A stretch of DNA of 64,000 bases from Verrucomicrobiota bacterium (GTDB lineage: Bacteria > Verrucomicrobiota > Verrucomicrobiia > Limisphaerales > AAA164-E04), in contig CP170459.1 in assembly GCA_047947115.1 (NCBI GenBank), positions 2,016,001-2,080,000 on the forward strand. Reading direction: 5' to 3'. Made by a program: the position numbers and the translations under genes. The notes under the pieces were generated by a model that worked only from the letters and a program-made list of their open reading frames with translations, was not told where the DNA came from and ran no database searches. Shown here in pieces: positions 63,693 through 64,000 of the stretch; the first letter of the stretch is position 1, and the number at the start of each line of letters is the position of its first letter.

Positions 63693-63938
63693 AGAACCCT
63701 TCTTCTTATGTTATTCCATTGTTCCATATCGGCATACATGCTCCTTTCTTAGCATGATGCCGCACTTTTCGACTGTCACTTTCCTGACCCCGACCCGCCG
63801 CACTTTTCGACTGGCGCCCACACCGGGAATCGGTGGTAAAAGAATCGACCGAATCTTGTGGAAAAGCTTGTTGTATGAAGGCAGCCAAATAAGTCTTATT
63901 CTTGTCTGGTGGAAGTATGCCCGAAGAATCGATCGACA
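63693..63938 (-). mobile_element. IS21-family remnant: left end and first ~16 codons of istA
   Basis: AAGGAG RBS followed by MYADMEQWNNIRRRVL (IstA-like N-terminus); end begins TGTCGATCGATTCTT, with an internal repeat GGTCGATTCTT ~85 bp inward. Confidence 0.65.
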
Positions 63939-64000
63939 AGTGCAGTGTCCAGAGGTCGTGTGATTTTCGAAACCAGCACGGTTGCAGCGAGGGAGCCGGC

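Noticed and set aside
63939..64000. IS66 transposase fragment (GSLAATVLVSK on the minus strand)
   Set aside because: Too short and the similarity too weak at the window edge.

Overview
This 64-kb window of moderate-GC bacterial DNA most likely comes from a free-living Verrucomicrobiota (PVC superphylum) genome. That assignment is an inference from the prepilin/H-X9-DG protein, PVC-type CxxCH protein, DUF1552/DUF1592 clusters, CotH-LTD proteins and three sulfatases. Housekeeping genes (thyA-folA, cobB, lpxI, type II glutamine synthetase, ABC-F, PpiC) are interspersed with many large secreted proteins. No rRNA, tRNA or CRISPR array was seen. The most interesting signals are: (1) a ~60-75 aa module ending in F(F/Y/I)R, found at the C-terminus of four unrelated exported proteins and at the N-terminus of a fifth, a candidate sorting or anchoring domain; (2) a minimal 138-aa kinase-like gene coupled to a PP2C phosphatase, divergent from a GSII gene that has a correctly spaced sigma-54 promoter; (3) a mirror-ordered DUF1552-DUF1592-DUF1592-DUF1552-FGE-like operon whose second half carries two in-frame stops; (4) several non-coding repeat families, namely a 123/124-bp TA-flanked MITE-like element in two copies, a 187-bp hairpin tandem array and a 100-bp GTAG-REP/BIME array; and (5) gene remnants missed or only partly shown by the ORF track, including a nested ISL3/AbiE/IS21 wreck at the right end. 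All calls come from reading motifs by eye; no database searches were run.
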